Below are positions 56,177 through 59,389 of a DNA stretch of 59,389 nt, one piece after another (positions within the stretch are counted from its first letter, which is position 1; every line of letters starts with the position of its first letter). The notes under the pieces are model-generated. The model had not been told where the DNA came from. It ran no database searches and worked only from the letters and a program-made list of their open reading frames with translations. A program made the position numbers and the translations under genes. The stretch comes from a virus: positions 1 to 59,389 of IMG/VR virus record IMGVR_UViG_3300048912_000255; one strand, 5' to 3'.

Positions 56177-59016
56177 CAGAAAGCCCCCATGTCGGAAAGA
56201 GTGCGCAGATTCCGTGAAGCCGAATCGGAGCCGCGTTCAGCGATCGGGTTGTAGTTATTGACGATGATGGGCCGCTCCGACCCTGCGCTCTCCAGGCCCG
56301 TTGCGGAAGGCCCTGATGCACTCGATGCGCCCGCATATGATGCGGTGAGCGAGTATTGACCGTTCATCGGGAACAGGGAGTTAGCAGCATTCTGCAGAGC
56401 CGCCGCCTGAGACCTGAGACCCTGGGTGAGAGCTGCGATCCGGGTGGTGTTGGCATATGCCGCAGCCCTCGCCGGGTTGTCCTCAGCGATTGTGCCGGCA
56501 AGGCCCTGCATGGTTCGGACCTGCTGACCCAGTCGCTTGGACTCGGTACCGGTCACATCGGTGACCCGCCACATGGCCCGTTCGATGTACGACGGCGAGT
56601 GGATACCCATGCCTCGCTTGAAGCCGTCCCAGAGACCACGACCGAAGTCCTCGGCTGCAGAGATGGCTCCGGAGACCGCATCCTTGAGTGCCCCGATGGC
56701 GTTGTCGACAATCTGACCGATCTTCTCGGGCAGCTTGGAGAGCCAGTCGACGATACCGTTGTAGATGTCAGAGCCGAGGTTCAGCGCCCAGTGCAGCAGC
56801 TGCTTACCCAGGATGACCGTACCGTTGTACATGTCGACGAAGAACTGCACCACTCGACCGGGCAGTCGCTGGAACCAATCGATGATGGAGTTGTAGGTGT
56901 TGCTAACCCACTCGACCGAGCTATTGTAGAAGTTGGTCCAGAAGGTGATGGAGTTGTTGTACAGGTCGATGAAGAACTGCTCGATGCGGCCCGGCAGTCG
57001 AGAGAACCAGTCGACGATGTTGTTGTAGGTGTTTACCACCCACGTGTTGAAAGCATCGAACGTGGTCGTCGTGAAATTGACGATGTCAGTCCAGAGCTCG
57101 CTGAAGAATGTCGACAGCCGCTCGGGCAGCTTGGAGAACCAATCCACGATCGCCGTGGTAGTGCTTACTGCCCAGTTCCAGAAAGCGCTGCTCGCATCAG
57201 CCACGAATCGGATGATACGGCCGATGATGAAGCCGAGTACGAAACCGACGTAGTAGGGCAGCTTAACCAGGAACTCAACGAACGAGGTCCAAGCACTGGT
57301 GACCGCGTTGGCCACCCAGCCCGGGAGGGCCTTGAAGAAGTTGATCACCGAGTTGTAAGCGGTGACTACTCCGCTAACAACCGCCGAGATCGCACCCTCG
57401 ACCGCATTTACTGCGGTATCCCAAGCCCCGACTATCCAGTCCACACCAGCCTTGAAGCCGGAGGAGATGGCATTCCAGGCCTCCACGAAGTAGCCCGGCA
57501 GTCGCTTGAAGAAGTCGACGACTGCCATGAACCCAGTGGCGATACCTCGGCCAATGGCGTTGATGAAGTTGTGAAAGGCCTCGCTCTTGTAGTAGAGCAC
57601 GACCAGGCCTGCGATCAATGCCACGATGGCCATGGCCAGCAGCACATATGGGTTGCTCAGCGCAGCCGCGGTCTGCTGAATCGTGGCTACCGTGAGAGAC
57701 CTCATCACGGTGGTCAAGAGCGTAACCGCTCCCGCCATGATCCGAATTCCAGATGCGATCTTCAAAATCGCTCCGCCGAACACACTCAAAACCCCGATGA
57801 GGGTGAGTAGTGCGCCGGTAACCGAGACGATGCGGAAGATCCACATTTGCGTCTCAGGGGAAAGACTCGCGAAGGCCTGCACCAACCGAGTGATTTGCTG
57901 CACGGTCTGGCGGAGGAAAGCCTGGAATGGAGTACCCGCCTGGATCAGCAGGGTGTCGATGTTACCCTTGAGCTTCTTGATGTCGCCGGCAAGGTTGTCC
58001 ATCCGCTGTGCAGCAACATCAGCGGCGGTGGTCTTGCTGATCTCGGCGTTCATCTCGGCGAAGCCAGCGGCTCCCGCCTTGGTCAGGATCTCAGCAGCCG
58101 CGAGGGCACGGTTGTTGAAGATGGTCCGGAAGGCCATCAGCTGCTGTTCCTGGCTCAGGCCACGAGTGTGATCCTGCAGGATTTGGAAGACCTCAGCGAG
58201 CGATCGGGCCGAACCGTCAGCATTGAAGAACTTGTTCGTTCCGTCCTCGGTAATGATGCCGAGTTCCGTGAGTTCCTTCTTTGCCGCCTTGGTGCCACCG
58301 GCCAGGGAGACCATGATCTGCCGCAGCGAGGTACCTGCAGTCGAGCCCTTGATGCCAGCCTTGCCGAGGAGCGACAGCGCATCGACCGTAGAGTCGAAGG
58401 AGATGCCCAGCGCATGAGCCACACCGCCGACGTACTTGAGCGATACGCCCAGGTCCTCGACATCCACGATGGAAGCGTTGGCTGCGCCGGCGAGGACGTC
58501 CGTTACGTGGGCCGCATCAGCTGCAGTCAGACTGTAGGCCTGCAGCTGGGAGGTGACGATGTTGGTCGCCTGGGCCAGATCGATGTCCGCGGCCGAAGCC
58601 AGGTTGACCATGGCTCGAGCCAGACCGCCGGTAATCTGGTCAGCGGTAACACCCGCCTTACCCATCTCCACGAAGGCATCGGCGATCTGGCTAGCCGAGT
58701 ACTGAGAGGTACGTCCCAGCTCCAGGGCCGCATCTCGCACCTGGTTCATCTGAGCCGCAGTCGCATTGGAGACGGCACCGAAGTAGTCCATCTTCTTCTC
58801 GAACTCGGCAGCCTTGCTGATTGCGAGTCCGAATGCCGCGGTCAGTGCACCGCCGGCCACCAGGGCAGTCTTGCCAAAAGCCGACAGACTACGACCAGCG
58901 GTGGCCAGGGCACCATTGGAAGCAGCAGCAGCCGTTCGCATTGCTGCGAACTGGGCGAGCGCCTGGGCCGCATCTAGGCGTACCTGGCCTGAGATTGTCC
59001 CAAGCGATCCTGCCAC
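56176..59016 (-). CDS. Tape measure protein
   Basis: 946 aa, Ala-rich helical, with a central hydrophobic block and repeated DW(F/L)S(K/R)LP units; follows the G/T chaperone pair. Confidence 0.9.
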   Translation of the reverse strand: MAGSLGTISGQVRLDAAQALAQFAAMRTAAAASNGALATAGRSLSAFGKTALVAGGALTAAFGLAISKAAEFEKKMDYFGAVSNATAAQMNQVRDAALELGRTSQYSASQIADAFVEMGKAGVTADQITGGLARAMVNLASAADIDLAQATNIVTSQLQAYSLTAADAAHVTDVLAGAANASIVDVEDLGVSLKYVGGVAHALGISFDSTVDALSLLGKAGIKGSTAGTSLRQIMVSLAGGTKAAKKELTELGIITEDGTNKFFNADGSARSLAEVFQILQDHTRGLSQEQQLMAFRTIFNNRALAAAEILTKAGAAGFAEMNAEISKTTAADVAAQRMDNLAGDIKKLKGNIDTLLIQAGTPFQAFLRQTVQQITRLVQAFASLSPETQMWIFRIVSVTGALLTLIGVLSVFGGAILKIASGIRIMAGAVTLLTTVMRSLTVATIQQTAAALSNPYVLLAMAIVALIAGLVVLYYKSEAFHNFINAIGRGIATGFMAVVDFFKRLPGYFVEAWNAISSGFKAGVDWIVGAWDTAVNAVEGAISAVVSGVVTAYNSVINFFKALPGWVANAVTSAWTSFVEFLVKLPYYVGFVLGFIIGRIIRFVADASSAFWNWAVSTTTAIVDWFSKLPERLSTFFSELWTDIVNFTTTTFDAFNTWVVNTYNNIVDWFSRLPGRIEQFFIDLYNNSITFWTNFYNSSVEWVSNTYNSIIDWFQRLPGRVVQFFVDMYNGTVILGKQLLHWALNLGSDIYNGIVDWLSKLPEKIGQIVDNAIGALKDAVSGAISAAEDFGRGLWDGFKRGMGIHSPSYIERAMWRVTDVTGTESKRLGQQVRTMQGLAGTIAEDNPARAAAYANTTRIAALTQGLRSQAAALQNAANSLFPMNGQYSLTASYAGASSASGPSATGLESAGSERPIIVNNYNPIAERGSDSASRNLRTLSDMGAF

Positions 59017-59025
59017 GTGAGCCTC

Positions 59026-59340
59026 CTATTTGAACATCGAGGCCGGATCGGCAAATTGACCTCGACTGGGCTTCTCAGTATTGCCGAGGTATCGATCCAG
59101 TACTCGACTTCGCTTCTGCTCGGTCTCGTCTCGGTTCTTGCCCTCGACCTTATCCAGCTCTGCTTCAACCGTACGACCGAAGTAGCCAACCGCCTGATCC
59201 AGGCAGTAAGCTGCGTAGTCATCGGTTATCCGCAGCAAGTCACTCGGACGGCAGTTCCACGTCTTCGCGTCCACGTACAACATCCAGACTGCTGGCGTGT
59301 TCGCGACGAAACTGCTCCACGTCCGTGGTACCTCCAGTGA
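59026..59340 (-). CDS. T-frame extension of the tail assembly chaperone (expressed as a G-T fusion by a programmed frameshift)
   Basis: This frame is open from 59340 (equivalent to position 78) to the stop at 59026. It overlaps the end of the G frame for ~98 nt and lies +1 relative to G. Ends 10 nt before the tape measure ATG. Confidence 0.6.
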   Translation of the reverse strand, partial: SLEVPRTWSSFVANTPAVWMLYVDAKTWNCRPSDLLRITDDYAAYCLDQAVGYFGRTVEAELDKVEGKNRDETEQKRSRVLDRYLGNTEKPSRGQFADPASMFK

Positions 59341-59389
59341 TCACCTGGAAGAGGAACATCTTGTCCTCGTCGTCGACCTCGTCGGCGTA
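59240..59389 (-). CDS. 3' end of the gpG-like chaperone ORF (continuation of 1..478 across the junction)
   Basis: Frame continuity across the 127-bp overlap; reads ...SLDVVRGREDVELPSE then TGA at 59242..59240. Confidence 0.75.
   Translation of the reverse strand, partial: YADEVDDEDKMFLFQVITGGTTDVEQFRREHASSLDVVRGREDVELPSE
59263..59389. repeat. Terminal overlap, identical to 1-127
   Basis: Direct comparison. Confidence 0.95.

Noticed and set aside
59240-59340. Canonical -1 slippery heptamer for the G/T shift
   Set aside because: I found no XXXYYYZ in the overlap, and the T frame is +1 relative to G.
1-59389. tRNA/tmRNA genes, integrase or excisionase, CI-like repressor, reverse transcriptase/DGR, transposase, toxin-antitoxin pairs
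   Set aside because: I looked for cloverleaf-type GTTCGAATC-like arms and for recombinase, RT and DDE motifs in the ORF translations and found none. Absence by eye is weak evidence, and tRNAscan-SE plus profile searches should confirm it.

Overview
The window is a circularly closed contig. Bases 1-127 are identical to 59263-59389, so the unique length is 59,262 bp. It reads as a complete, visibly GC-rich siphovirus-type phage genome, probably from an actinobacterial host: TTGACN -35 boxes, several leaderless starts, GTG/TTG starts and ATGA/TGATG coupled genes. I support about 93 protein genes, almost all on the minus strand. Minus-strand modules: (i) 10.8 kb down to 0.5 kb, wrapping to 59.3-46.9 kb: terS, JAB/MPN protein, terL, portal, scaffold, decoration-like protein, major capsid, neck proteins, major tail, G/T chaperones across the junction, tape measure, Dit, Tal, membrane/holin candidates, CHAP endolysin, repeat-containing fibre. 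(ii) 45.7-30.6 kb: SNF2 helicase, a promoter-driven nucleotide-metabolism operon (dNMP kinase, dimeric dUTPase-like NTPase, two thymidylate-synthase-fold proteins, dCMP deaminase), PolA with an N-terminal UDG-like domain, Cas4-like exonuclease, Sak4-like ATPase, SSB-like protein, VRR-NUC nuclease, DUF2829/Tad2-like protein. (iii) 26.8-23.2 kb: primase-helicase and a wHTH regulator. (iv) 21.9-11.0 kb: small genes in repeated promoter cassettes, ending in a tandem LuxR-type HTH regulator. Plus-strand genes are an early-looking block at 27.0-30.6 kb with six consensus promoters, and single genes at 18.7 and 45.9 kb. I found no tRNA, rRNA, CRISPR array, integrase, reverse transcriptase or transposase. 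The most unusual features are the T4-like pyrimidine-substitution gene set (37.4-42.7 kb), an AT-rich iteron region (18.0-18.7 kb), two large motif-rich non-coding tracts (18.9-19.7 and 21.9-23.2 kb), duplicated leaderless promoter cassettes, and a chaperone frameshift in the +1 rather than -1 frame. All calls rest on reading the sequence and the ORF track by eye. Family names come from remembered motifs, not searches.
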